This document shows, one piece after another, positions 9,053 to 18,869 of a stretch of DNA of 64,000 nt (its first letter is position 1; each line of letters starts with the position of its first letter). The stretch covers positions 62,001 to 126,000 of the IMG/VR virus record IMGVR_UViG_3300049215_000529. One strand, given 5' to 3'. Under the pieces are notes generated by a model. That model had not been told where the DNA came from and searched no databases. It saw only the letters and a list, made by a program, of their open reading frames with translations. The position numbers and the translations under genes were made by a program.

Positions 9053-10834
9053 TTATGCGGCTTTTGTCACTGGTTTAGTATTACGACATTTGGGATATGC
9101 AGAACAAGCTAAAAATTTCTCTTTGCTTTCCTTGGCTTCTCTGACTGCCATCGGGCTTCCACATTTATCACAAAGCGTTCCACCATAACCTACATATGCC
9201 TTGTTTAATTCCTGTTTGAATTCTGGATAAAACTTTTTTAGCATATCGACATGATTAACTTTTCCAGCCTCTATTTCATCTAATTGCTGTTCCATTTTGG
9301 CTGTGTAATTATAGTCCATGAATGTAAAATATTGAGCCAGCACATCAGTAATCTTTTTGCCCAAATCGGTGGCATGAAAAACATTACCCTTCTTCTCAAC
9401 ATAATTGCGAGCAGTAATTTTGCTCAATAACTCAGCATAGGTTGCTGGACGACCAATGTTTTTATTAACCAGCTCTTTGATGAGTTTGTCTTCGGAGTAA
9501 CGTGCAGGTGGTTGAGTTTGTTTCTTTTCCACTCTAACAGGCGGCTTTCCAAGTACAGTAAGCGCATCACCCACATTGAGAGATGGAATTTCAATCTTAC
9601 TTTCTTCCACGCTGCCTAAAATCTCCATGAATCCAAGGCTTCTAAGAGCTTTGCCAGAGGCTTTAACTTCAGCTGATTTATCGTCCTTAACATGAGCAGT
9701 TACCTTTAATGTATCATATACTGCAGGCATCATTTGACTGGCAACAAAACATTTCCAAATAGTTTCATAAACCAGTTTCTCATCTGGGTCGATGATGGCA
9801 TAGTTGGCATTGGGCAACAATGTTAGGTCAGATGGACGAATACACTCATGTGCATCTTGTGCCGCATCTTTGTTCTTGTAAGAATTTGCTTTCTTTGGAA
9901 CTGCATGATTATTTGCAACAAGCCATTGTCTGACTTCTGATAATGCCTCATCACCAACTCGAACAGAATCGGTTCTAATATAAGTACAATAACCAGATTC
10001 ATAAAGAGCCTGAGCTGCCTTCATCGTACGATCAGCACTAAATCCATGTTGCTTAGACATAAGGCGTTGCAAAGTAGAAGTTACTAGAGGGGCTTGCGGA
10101 GCCCTCTTCTCTTCCTCTGCCAAAACCTCTGAAACAACATAATCTTTATGGTTAAGAGAGGTTGTTACATAATTGGCTCTTTTTTGGTCTGTAACTTTCC
10201 CTGGATATTTAGCTTCAAAACTGTCGGCGCCATTAGATAGTTCTACGTGAATAGTCCAATAATCTTCCGGAACAAATGCTTCAATTTCCCTTTCGCGATC
10301 AATGACCATACGAGTAACTACTGACTGAACACGCCCAGCTGATAGCTTGGGTCCGAAAAAATTCATTAGGAAAGGGGAGGCAGTAAATCCGACGAGACGA
10401 TCCAAAATTCTTCTTGCTTCCTGCGAGTGAAAGAGATTCATGTCGATATCGCGAACCTCTTTAGCGGCTTTTTGTAGTTTAGCCTTTTTGATTTCGTTGA
10501 ACACCATTCTTTTGATTGGTTTGCCGGTATCTGCTAGGCGTTCTGCTAGGTGCCAAGCAATAGCCTCGCCTTCTCTATCAGGGTCGCTTGCTACAAAGAT
10601 TTGATCAACCTTCTTAGCAGCTGCCAACAAACTATCCATTATGTCAAGTCTATCGTCCATCAAAACATATCGTGGTTTGAAATTATTGTCGATATCTACT
10701 CCCAAACCAAAGGGACCGCCCTTAGCCAAATCTGTGATGTGACCTTTACTTGCCATCACGATAAAATCTTTACCCAAATACTCTTGAATCTTTTGACCCT
10801 TAGCAGGGGATTCGACTATCACTAATGTTTTCAT
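9053..10834 (-). CDS. topA: DNA topoisomerase I (type IA) with one C-terminal zinc ribbon
   Basis: LVIVESPAK, SDPDREGEAI, SAGRVQS, TYIRTDS catalytic Tyr, GRPATYA, CDKCG...CSAYPKC. Confidence 0.95.
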   Translation of the reverse strand: MKTLVIVESPAKGQKIQEYLGKDFIVMASKGHITDLAKGGPFGLGVDIDNNFKPRYVLMDDRLDIMDSLLAAAKKVDQIFVASDPDREGEAIAWHLAERLADTGKPIKRMVFNEIKKAKLQKAAKEVRDIDMNLFHSQEARRILDRLVGFTASPFLMNFFGPKLSAGRVQSVVTRMVIDREREIEAFVPEDYWTIHVELSNGADSFEAKYPGKVTDQKRANYVTTSLNHKDYVVSEVLAEEEKRAPQAPLVTSTLQRLMSKQHGFSADRTMKAAQALYESGYCTYIRTDSVRVGDEALSEVRQWLVANNHAVPKKANSYKNKDAAQDAHECIRPSDLTLLPNANYAIIDPDEKLVYETIWKCFVASQMMPAVYDTLKVTAHVKDDKSAEVKASGKALRSLGFMEILGSVEESKIEIPSLNVGDALTVLGKPPVRVEKKQTQPPARYSEDKLIKELVNKNIGRPATYAELLSKITARNYVEKKGNVFHATDLGKKITDVLAQYFTFMDYNYTAKMEQQLDEIEAGKVNHVDMLKKFYPEFKQELNKAYVGYGGTLCDKCGSPMAVREAKESKEKFLACSAYPKCRNTKPVTKAA

Positions 10835-10872
10835 TCAGTCACCAATGTCTTTCAATATTTCTGTATTTATAA

Positions 10873-11325
10873 ATGGATACTCTTCACGGAAACATCACAA
10901 ATTTTTTTGAAGAACTTCTAACGGATTTGGATTGCCAATGCGACACCAAAGCATACATTGTTAGTATTTATGGAAAATATAAATCGGCGGAGTTCGATCT
11001 ATCTAAAGATAGTGTCACTTTACTATTTGCGCAAGCCCGATACAATCAAGATTTTTTAACCTATCAAAATTTAGGAGATTGGATATTTTTCTCCAATACT
11101 CTCGCGCCTGAGCATCTTAAATTTGCTAGCAAAGATTATTACGATACAGTAGCCAGGTTGTCCTATTATTCTTGCTACAAATTAATCAATAAACAATGGA
11201 AACTATTTGAAGAGTTATCTGATAACTTTTTGACTCTAGAGTCACAAGTCAAACGCAAATTAAGCGCAATACACCTCAGTAATCAAACTTGTGAGGGTAT
11301 CTATATCGAGCCTTTCTTTGACTAA
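10873..11325 (+). CDS. hypothetical protein
   Basis: 150-aa ORF divergent from topA. Confidence 0.65.
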   Translation: MDTLHGNITNFFEELLTDLDCQCDTKAYIVSIYGKYKSAEFDLSKDSVTLLFAQARYNQDFLTYQNLGDWIFFSNTLAPEHLKFASKDYYDTVARLSYYSCYKLINKQWKLFEELSDNFLTLESQVKRKLSAIHLSNQTCEGIYIEPFFD

Positions 11326-11761
11326 TCTCGGGACGGCGCCTACTACCTTTATTATTGAAAGCCCAGGCAGTCAAACCACACGGACACCATAATGTTTCCT
11401 TGCATTCGCTCTTTTCGTACAATCTACTTCTAAAAGCATGAGAGCTTAAACTTTTATAGCTTGGAGAGTGTTTAAACATAGCTAAACTATTAAATGCAGA
11501 TGGATTAGTATCTAAATAGAAATCATAGCATATCTTTTTATAGACCTTCTTAACAATATTAAAATGCTTACGAACTATGGAATGATCTCTAATGGGATTA
11601 GGACCTTTTTCAACAGAATATTCTGTTGGACCAGATTGACAATATTTACATCTGGCTCTAGCCATGAAAGAGGATGATAAATTAATGTAGATAATTTCAG
11701 GGGTGTACGTAGAGATTTTTTTAGCTTTACTCATCTTTACTGTTTTCCAACAAAATTGCAC
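11276..11761 (-). CDS. hypothetical protein with CxxC/CxC motifs
   Basis: CKYC, WCPCG; start uncertain. Confidence 0.55.
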   Translation of the reverse strand: MQFCWKTVKMSKAKKISTYTPEIIYINLSSSFMARARCKYCQSGPTEYSVEKGPNPIRDHSIVRKHFNIVKKVYKKICYDFYLDTNPSAFNSLAMFKHSPSYKSLSSHAFRSRLYEKSECKETLWCPCGLTAWAFNNKGSRRRPEISQRKARYRYPHKFDY

Positions 11762-13100
11762 GATCTACAATTTTCTTACGAACTCGATTAATGTAAACCA
11801 TACCTCCCATTTGGTAATGAGGGGGTACTCTTAAATGAGTAACTATTACTTTAGTTCCAGGAGTTATGTCTTTTATCTTAATAAGAGAGAAAGTATATTC
11901 TGATACAAGATCAATAATTGGTTCTTTATTGTCTTTTCTAACAACACTCAGAAGCTTACCAATATAATATGGTTTGGTTACCTTAGCTTTTCTGCCACCA
12001 ATATAAAATTCTTGAGTATTATTTTTGATAGTTAATCTTTCATTAACTACTCCATCAAATACACTAATTCCTCCAAATAAAGAAAGATTCTCATCTAACA
12101 GAGATTCCACTTTGTGAAGTTTGTTATGTTTCTTAAATGTGAAGGGAAGAGACTCTTCGAGCAACCTAATATATTCTTGAAATATTTTATGTTGAAATCC
12201 GCCAGAGCGACTTTTATTCAAAAGATAATCTACCATCTCAGTTGGATATTTTGTCAGCAAATTGTCAAAAGCTTGGTAGGCTAAACACTTGTGCTTGACA
12301 GTAAAATCCGAGCTACTGTAGGGAACATTGTTGCTTTGATAGTCTATGACCTCTCGTACTAATGCAACTTTATTTTCTAGCGCTTCACGAATCTCTAACT
12401 GATCTTGGGCGTTCATAACAGCATCTGGCACGTCACCCTTCAAACCCGAACCATTCTTGATGGGCGCGTCCAGTGTAAGAAGTTCTACGTTGCTCTGTGA
12501 GCTTGGATGATGCATTCTTCCAAGACTAGACCATTGTCCAACGAAACAACAATCGAAATAGGGACATGCTACTATTGGAGAGTCATCCAAAGGATGCGGA
12601 ATAAATCTATCGCAATCTTCACAGTGATAACCGTTCTTATTGTGTTTAAAAAAGGTCCTGAAAAAAGCAATCTTTTTTGGATCTATTGTTTGCCTTAACT
12701 CATCCTCGCACTCTTCGCACTTGAAAACTTTGTTAATGATAGTAACCAAATTTTCCTTCTTCAAAAATAAACAGCCGGGACATAGATATTCTGTCTTTTT
12801 CTTGAGCTGAGGGACTGCCTTCTTTTTACAGTAGTCGTTGACGATGTAGAAAAGATATGAGTTAAGACCCTCTAAATCATCATTCTTATTGATGAAGGTC
12901 ACGCTCCCAGTTCTCAACACATCCATCAATTCTGCAACCAAAGCACGAACAGATAGCGGATCGCTGTTATGGAAGAACACACGATGTACAGTGGCAATGC
13001 CACTAGCGTGCTCCCGTAAAAAAGCATCGACAAGAGCATCCACCTCTAACAAATTGTTGGGACGTGATTCTAAAGACATTATTTTCCGAAGTATGAACAC
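11727..13100 (-). CDS. hypothetical protein with Cys-rich central region
   Basis: 457-aa ORF; CPGC, CEEC, CEDC, CPYFDCC. Confidence 0.75.
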   Translation of the reverse strand: MFILRKIMSLESRPNNLLEVDALVDAFLREHASGIATVHRVFFHNSDPLSVRALVAELMDVLRTGSVTFINKNDDLEGLNSYLFYIVNDYCKKKAVPQLKKKTEYLCPGCLFLKKENLVTIINKVFKCEECEDELRQTIDPKKIAFFRTFFKHNKNGYHCEDCDRFIPHPLDDSPIVACPYFDCCFVGQWSSLGRMHHPSSQSNVELLTLDAPIKNGSGLKGDVPDAVMNAQDQLEIREALENKVALVREVIDYQSNNVPYSSSDFTVKHKCLAYQAFDNLLTKYPTEMVDYLLNKSRSGGFQHKIFQEYIRLLEESLPFTFKKHNKLHKVESLLDENLSLFGGISVFDGVVNERLTIKNNTQEFYIGGRKAKVTKPYYIGKLLSVVRKDNKEPIIDLVSEYTFSLIKIKDITPGTKVIVTHLRVPPHYQMGGMVYINRVRKKIVDRAILLENSKDE

Positions 13101-14065
13101 ACTTCTTGTGGAGTAATATATGCCACCTGGAATCGCTCTAGATATCTTGAATTATCTCGGATCAGTGCATCGCCTTTTCCTAGCAAATTTTCTGCTCCGC
13201 TGGAGTCTAAAATTACTTTCGAATCGACGTGACTTGCCACACGACACGCAATACGTGCCGGGAAATTGGCTTTAATAGTGCCGTTGATAATATTTACGGA
13301 TGGTCTTTGAGTTGCAAGCACCAAATGAATGCGAGCGGCGCGACACTTCTGTGCTAAACGACATAGCGCAATGTAAAACTCATCCTCTTTATCTTGCATG
13401 ATGAGATCGGCAAATTCATCGATCATCACGACTATTGGCTTGAGGCTAGTAGCTGGCGCACCTGCACGAAGCCTGTCATATCGATCTTCCATTACTTCTA
13501 GAAGATTGTTAAGTAGGTGCAAAGCGTCATCATACGTATAAAGTACTGGAACACCAAGTTTAGTTTCGTACTCTGCAAATTCGATTCTCTTTGGGTCCAC
13601 TAAATGAAGATCAACATCATTATAATTAAACAAGTTAGCAATTATATTGTGGAGTAGTGTGCTCTTACCGGAGCCAGTTGTGCCAGCTACCAACATATGC
13701 GGATTCTGTGCCAAATCCATCCACATGCAACGTCCATCAACAGTTTGACCTAACAAACAGTTTATCTCTCCCTTGGGAAGATGCTTGTTGGTAAAACCAT
13801 CCAATAATTTGAGTGCCTCTGTGCGTGGCGACGCGAATTCCAAACGAACCACGCCCTCATTATGCAGCACTTTTACACTCGGTTTGCATGGCGTTTTCAA
13901 TGCCAGCGAAATCTCGTCGCTATACTTTTGAATGTCCTTCACTCGGGCGTGAGGATTCAACTTCAAATCGTAGTAGAAATAGCTGTCAACTTTGCTATGA
14001 TTGACGCAAGAAGCTTTGATATTAAAAGACTGGAGAATGTTATTAAATTCTTGAATGAGTTCCAT
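13079..14065 (-). CDS. FtsK/SpoIIIE-family ATPase (motor domain only)
   Basis: PHMLVAGTTGSGKS, DPKRIE, VMIDEFADL, GIHLVLATQRPS-like, AENLLGKGD; no TM or gamma domain. Confidence 0.9.
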   Translation of the reverse strand: MELIQEFNNILQSFNIKASCVNHSKVDSYFYYDLKLNPHARVKDIQKYSDEISLALKTPCKPSVKVLHNEGVVRLEFASPRTEALKLLDGFTNKHLPKGEINCLLGQTVDGRCMWMDLAQNPHMLVAGTTGSGKSTLLHNIIANLFNYNDVDLHLVDPKRIEFAEYETKLGVPVLYTYDDALHLLNNLLEVMEDRYDRLRAGAPATSLKPIVVMIDEFADLIMQDKEDEFYIALCRLAQKCRAARIHLVLATQRPSVNIINGTIKANFPARIACRVASHVDSKVILDSSGAENLLGKGDALIRDNSRYLERFQVAYITPQEVCSYFGK

Positions 14066-14110
14066 CTTGATGACTCTATTGTAATCACGAAAATTTGAGG
14101 GGCAAGGGGC

Positions 14111-14518
14111 TCAAATTTTTACAATTCTGTGGTATTTTTCGGCAATAATCTTTTTTAATTCTTCTTCCGTAGGCTTTACCAAACCGACTCTATGTCCTAA
14201 TTTTATTCCAGAAGAATTGGCTGTTCCATAAGGAAGCTCAATAACCAAATCACTGAAATTATTATCACCAATTGCGGCAGTAGAATAAGGTTCACCTTTG
14301 CAAATTTGCTTGACAATACCCTTCAAACAGAAAACAATATCCAATGGACTCGGAGTATTTTTCATCCAAAATTTATTAATGCGAGCATGTGAATAAATAA
14401 ATGACATAACTGGAGGTGGCCAATCCTGTTCCATTAATCCTTGTGTTTGTTCATCCTCTGAAATCGCAAGAAGAGTTGGAAACACATTGTTATGAATATA
14501 TATGTATCCTTCTTCCAT
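14111..14518 (-). CDS. DUF192 family protein
   Basis: QGLM...FWMKNTPSPLDIVF...VIELPYG. Confidence 0.8.
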   Translation of the reverse strand: MEEGYIYIHNNVFPTLLAISEDEQTQGLMEQDWPPPVMSFIYSHARINKFWMKNTPSPLDIVFCLKGIVKQICKGEPYSTAAIGDNNFSDLVIELPYGTANSSGIKLGHRVGLVKPTEEELKKIIAEKYHRIVKI

Positions 14519-16060
14519 TTAAACTCCAGAATGCTGCAAGGCGCGGGTCATTCCTCTAAGGGAAGTTATTTCTTTATTAACGCTTTTAATTAGTGGATCT
14601 AACTGATCAACATCCATGCCCTTCTCAAGCAAATCCATAATTTGATCTAAACTCTTTCTTATCTCGCCAGCCATCTTATAAATGTCTAGGCGGTAAGAAG
14701 AAGTTGAATCAAACAAGCTAAGTTGGTGCATAGTTTTACCATACCACTTTTTCAAGAAGTCTTGAGCTACTTTGTTTAATTCAGCTGAAGCTGTCTTAGG
14801 TGGTTCTGGTGTTGCTACAGGTGGTGTCACCACTGCTGGTGGAGTGGATGGAACTGGTGCTACCTTAGGTGGAACTGCTTTCACTTTTGCTTTAGCTTTT
14901 TGTTGAGTAGCAATTTCTTTTAAAGAAAGACCAGAGGTACCAAGTTCCGAATTTAATTGGGAAACCAAATGACCATACGTTGTACTCATCTGATTGACTA
15001 TGTTACTCTTATTTTGTTTTGGAGATGTTTTAAATGAATCAATCAAATTTCCAAGCTCCATTAGCTCGGGTGGACCTATTCCAAAATATAATGGAGCATA
15101 GGCTTTATAATCAGATATTATTCTTTTTGCGCTGTCGGCATCCAGGCTTTCTAATAAAACATTAGGAATAGTAGATGATGGCTCAGGTGGCGCTGATGGT
15201 TCTTCATCTCTTGGCGAGCCTGGATCCTTAAGCTCATCAGAAGGCTCAGCTAATGGATTAGAGTAATGCTCACGCTCTTCTCTTTTTTCTTTTGCCTTTT
15301 CATCATCCAACTCAGCTTCTAATTCAGGAGGTAATGCAATCTCTCCACCAGGATCTGCAACTTGTGCTGGCATGCTGCTCTTGTAGATAGTAAATCCTCT
15401 TGCAACTAGAACCCAACTATTCCAAGCCTCATTTAGTTTTTTGAAAGCGGCTGGAATACTAGACTTAGAAGATTTTACAACTTCCACTTGAAGTTTCCCC
15501 AAATCTTTATAGGTACGAGCACAGGCATTAAGCATAGCCATTCTTGCACGACGAACTCTTGCTGCCTCACTAGTTCCCATAGTAGGGGTTAATAGTTTAG
15601 TGAAAAATCTGGAAACGGGATTAGAGCCCTGTGCCACCAATTGATATTTAGTTTCCCAGGCTGCTAATTGTTTAGTTAAATCAGGCGTACCAGGGGCTGG
15701 GGGTGTTGGAGCAGGGGTTGCAGGACCAGCTTCAGGAGCAAGAGCTGCAGGAGCTTTAGGTTGCTTCTTGCGACGAGTTTTAGAATACTCTAATTGTTCA
15801 GCAACTAATGAATTACCACGCTGAGCAATATCTTGAAAATCCGCTGCTAATGATCCAATAATAGTTCCTGGATCTGCAGGCATTGCTTCACCAATACGAG
15901 ATCTTTCTTTGAAAAACTTAGATGGCCAACCATTCATTAGCTTCTTTAAATGGATCAAATCATTAACAAAGGCGGATACATCCTTGTTCCATAGCGCTTT
16001 GTTTTGTCTGAGTTTCTCCTGAGCTGGGTCAGCAGACGGCTTTCTGGCAGTCTTTTCCAT
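14519..16060 (-). CDS. large Pro/Ala-rich hypothetical protein, possibly virion-associated
   Basis: 513 aa; KTA/KVAQ motifs, PAPTPP tracts. Confidence 0.7.
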   Translation of the reverse strand: MEKTARKPSADPAQEKLRQNKALWNKDVSAFVNDLIHLKKLMNGWPSKFFKERSRIGEAMPADPGTIIGSLAADFQDIAQRGNSLVAEQLEYSKTRRKKQPKAPAALAPEAGPATPAPTPPAPGTPDLTKQLAAWETKYQLVAQGSNPVSRFFTKLLTPTMGTSEAARVRRARMAMLNACARTYKDLGKLQVEVVKSSKSSIPAAFKKLNEAWNSWVLVARGFTIYKSSMPAQVADPGGEIALPPELEAELDDEKAKEKREEREHYSNPLAEPSDELKDPGSPRDEEPSAPPEPSSTIPNVLLESLDADSAKRIISDYKAYAPLYFGIGPPELMELGNLIDSFKTSPKQNKSNIVNQMSTTYGHLVSQLNSELGTSGLSLKEIATQQKAKAKVKAVPPKVAPVPSTPPAVVTPPVATPEPPKTASAELNKVAQDFLKKWYGKTMHQLSLFDSTSSYRLDIYKMAGEIRKSLDQIMDLLEKGMDVDQLDPLIKSVNKEITSLRGMTRALQHSGV

Positions 16061-16110
16061 ATCATAGATGAAGTTTTATTGATATTCCTTCTCTTTAGGA
16101 AGTAGAAACA

Positions 16111-16138
16111 ATAATGCCCTGTTTTACCAGGGCATTAT
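16111..16138 (-). terminator. intrinsic terminator-like hairpin after clpP
   Basis: ATAATGCCCTG-N6-CAGGGCATTAT, 11-bp stem. Confidence 0.55.
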
Positions 16139-16161
16139 CGACTCCACAACAAAACTGCAAG

Positions 16162-16752
16162 TTAAGGTACAATATGGTCAACGATTCCGTATTCTAGCGC
16201 CTGTTTGGCGTCTAACCAGACATCATGGAGGCAATCTGCCTTGATTTTTTCCAAGGACTGTCCCGTATGTTGTGCCAGGATTTTCATTATGTTATCGTTG
16301 TTTTCTTTAAGAAAATCGTAATAGTTCTTGGTATTTATAACGTCATGCCCAGGTAATGGGAAGCCGCATTGAATTCCATGAATCATAATATTGGCGTTTC
16401 GGAAAGCATAGCGCTGTCCTTTGGTGCCAGCAGCCAATATAACAGCTCCAGCAGAGTAACATTTGCCAATGCAAATAGTTTTAACGGGCGCCCTAATCAT
16501 TTGCATTACATCGATGATGTTTGCTAAACCTGCAGCATCGCCACCATCCGAATGAATATACAACTCAATCATGGATTCATGATCTTCGTGATCATAATAC
16601 AATAGGAGGGCTGATAGTTGGGCAGCAGATTCTTTAGTAACTATCTCCGACATAAAAATAACGCGATCCTTAGCTAGTCTAATATAAGTTTCCTCATATC
16701 CCATCATCGGACGCATAGCATGTTCATGATCGTGATTGCTTTTCTTGTTCAT
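16162..16752 (-). CDS. clpP: ClpP protease subunit, catalytic triad present
   Basis: YIHSDGG, GKCYSAG (Ser), IMIHG (His), HDVWL (Asp). Confidence 0.9.
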   Translation of the reverse strand: MNKKSNHDHEHAMRPMMGYEETYIRLAKDRVIFMSEIVTKESAAQLSALLLYYDHEDHESMIELYIHSDGGDAAGLANIIDVMQMIRAPVKTICIGKCYSAGAVILAAGTKGQRYAFRNANIMIHGIQCGFPLPGHDVINTKNYYDFLKENNDNIMKILAQHTGQSLEKIKADCLHDVWLDAKQALEYGIVDHIVP

Positions 16753-16761
16753 GAGTTTACC

Positions 16762-17346
16762 TTACTTAGCCGATCCTACAACATGATCAATTAACCCATA
16801 TTTCACAGCTTCAGAAGCATTCATAAACACTCTTCTATCAAAATCTTCCGAAACTTGCTTATAGGTTTTCTTAGTGCTCTTAGCAAAAATATCCATCATT
16901 TTTTTGTTGTCAGCGGTTACTTTTTCTAAAGCTTTTTTCGCGTCGGTCATGTCAGAAAATGATGCCCAATTAGTTACTAGCTGACTTACTGCAATGACAG
17001 AATTTTTCGTAGCTAGTCTCATGCCAGGAGTTCCCGCCGCCAAAATAATTGCGGCTTCATCCATAGCGGATCCAATGCAAACAGTCTCTATTGGAGATTC
17101 AATCATTTTCATCATATCATAAATCATTAAGACATTGCGAATATCGCCGCCATCAGAGTTAATAAATAATGTGATTTTTTTATCAGTATCCTCTGCATCT
17201 TTTAATAGCAACGTAGCCACAATATCAGTTGCCAATTTATCATCGATATTATTACAGATGAATAATATTCGATCATTAGATAGCTTCTGATAAATGTCCA
17301 CGGGCATTTCACCGTGCTCGGTCGATTCAAGTAGAATGGTATTCAA
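16762..17346 (-). CDS. ClpP-family subunit lacking catalytic Ser and His (ClpR-like)
   Basis: DIYQKLSNDRILF, FINSDGG; GSAMDEAA replaces GxAASM; IAVSQ replaces MIHQ. Confidence 0.85.
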   Translation of the reverse strand: MNTILLESTEHGEMPVDIYQKLSNDRILFICNNIDDKLATDIVATLLLKDAEDTDKKITLFINSDGGDIRNVLMIYDMMKMIESPIETVCIGSAMDEAAIILAAGTPGMRLATKNSVIAVSQLVTNWASFSDMTDAKKALEKVTADNKKMMDIFAKSTKKTYKQVSEDFDRRVFMNASEAVKYGLIDHVVGSAK

Positions 17347-17349
17347 AAT

Positions 17350-17700
17350 TTAGAATCTCTTTCTTTGTTTATCCTCTGCCTCACGCTCTTCAGCGCAACC
17401 AACACAGGTTAAAAAATGTGGATTAATCAGCAATCGTTTTTCCGGAATCTGTTCTCCGCAATCTTGGCACAAACCATAAGAAGAATCTTCGATTCTTTTT
17501 AAAGCGTCTTCGATTTGTGTTAACTTTGCACTATTACGTGTATTAAGTTGATTGTGTAAATCAATTAAAATGTGAGCTTGAATTTCGTCAGTTTCATCTC
17601 CATCTGTGTCTATATCGTGACCCTGTGTAGACTGACCAATTAGCTCGTCTCTTTGAGCAAGCAATTTTTCTTTAGTTTTCTTCAAGAAAGCTTTTTTCAT
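17350..17700 (-). CDS. DksA/TraR C4 zinc-finger protein
   Basis: DETD tip, IEDALKRIEDSSYGLCQDCGEQIPEKRL...CVGC. Confidence 0.9.
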   Translation of the reverse strand: MKKAFLKKTKEKLLAQRDELIGQSTQGHDIDTDGDETDEIQAHILIDLHNQLNTRNSAKLTQIEDALKRIEDSSYGLCQDCGEQIPEKRLLINPHFLTCVGCAEEREAEDKQRKRF

Positions 17701-18086
17701 TATATGAACCTCAAGTCGGAAACGGGAACTGTAATAGTTCCCTTGGGAGCGGGCATCTTTTTGTCATCTACCCTTTTGATAAAGACTAAATATGCCTGGT
17801 TTTCCGGCTCTTTCAATATGAACGCGTTAACCGTCCAATCATCATAGATAGCCTTTTTAGTCTCGTTAGAAAATTTAAGATTCCTCGTGTTCTCAATTAC
17901 TTGAGCCCTCTTTTTGTAAAACGGACCCATCACTTCTTTGGGTTGCATTAGAAAAGTTTCAGTAAATATGTTTGATGCTTCCTCGGGCGACGCAGCAGGA
18001 ATTACTTTAGTTAATAATTCTCCGACGCTTCCGAGACCTGCACAAACGAACACGGTGGGGCGGGCGCCTTTTCTACTCATAATCAT
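17700..18086 (-). CDS. hypothetical protein
   Basis: 128-aa ORF, stop/start overlaps with neighbours. Confidence 0.65.
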   Translation of the reverse strand: MIMSRKGARPTVFVCAGLGSVGELLTKVIPAASPEEASNIFTETFLMQPKEVMGPFYKKRAQVIENTRNLKFSNETKKAIYDDWTVNAFILKEPENQAYLVFIKRVDDKKMPAPKGTITVPVSDLRFI

Positions 18087-18408
18087 TCCTCAAAGTTTTG
18101 TCAATGTCTAGATATTCACACAGCTTTTTGCGAAGAGGCGGCGTCAATTTGAATCTTAAAATTCTATAACCTTTAGATAGTACCATCTCTTTACGAACCA
18201 CGTCATGATATAAACGAGGTTTTGTATTCTTAAGTTCTAGAATTCCAAAATTAAATATCTTAATTGGCTTACCACTTTTTAAATCTTTAACTATCTCTTC
18301 AAACAAAATGTCGATTATACTAGCCACGTGATAATGATGAACAAATCTATTTATCTTTTTATTAATGTAACGCCAAAATACTCGACGATTAATGCTGTCA
18401 GGAATCAT
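18073..18408 (-). CDS. HU/IHF-family DNA-binding protein
   Basis: GKPIKIFNFGILELKNTKPR...RFKLTPPLRK. Confidence 0.75.
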   Translation of the reverse strand: MIPDSINRRVFWRYINKKINRFVHHYHVASIIDILFEEIVKDLKSGKPIKIFNFGILELKNTKPRLYHDVVRKEMVLSKGYRILRFKLTPPLRKKLCEYLDIDKTLRNDYE

Positions 18409-18869
18409 TACTTCTCCTGAAATACAAAATTCAAATAATCGTCAAATGCTTCCCCACGCAATAAACAACTACCCATTTTAGTAATAATTTTAAGTTCGAG
18501 TAGTTGTTTAATACAAAATACGATATCTTGATTAGAAAACTTACTATGTAACCAGCTTATATCCATATTTGTCGTTTTAAGATTGTTGCAAATTTCTTTG
18601 CAGATATTAGGGTATTGTATCTTAAAAAATTCTAATGCCTTAATCTCTTTGGAAGAGATAACTTTGGCTGATTCATCAAAAGTACTTATTACATCAAGAA
18701 GTTTAGATCTAACTAGTTTTAGATTTTCTACTTCTTTAATTTTATTATCAATTACAGATATTCTGTTCTTAGCTTCGGATACAATTTCTTCGGCAGTGAA
18801 TTTATTGTTTCCAACACACTCAGCAATAAACTTACTAAGAAATTCGGGGTCTTTTTTCTTACCGCGCAT
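18408..18869 (-). CDS. hypothetical protein
   Basis: 153-aa ORF in coupled run. Confidence 0.65.
   Translation of the reverse strand: MRGKKKDPEFLSKFIAECVGNNKFTAEEIVSEAKNRISVIDNKIKEVENLKLVRSKLLDVISTFDESAKVISSKEIKALEFFKIQYPNICKEICNNLKTTNMDISWLHSKFSNQDIVFCIKQLLELKIITKMGSCLLRGEAFDDYLNFVFQEK

Noticed and set aside
14090-14119. AAAATTTGAG..CTCAAATTTT inverted repeat
   Set aside because: AT-rich stem with an unpaired G-rich centre that overlaps a gene end; function unsupported.
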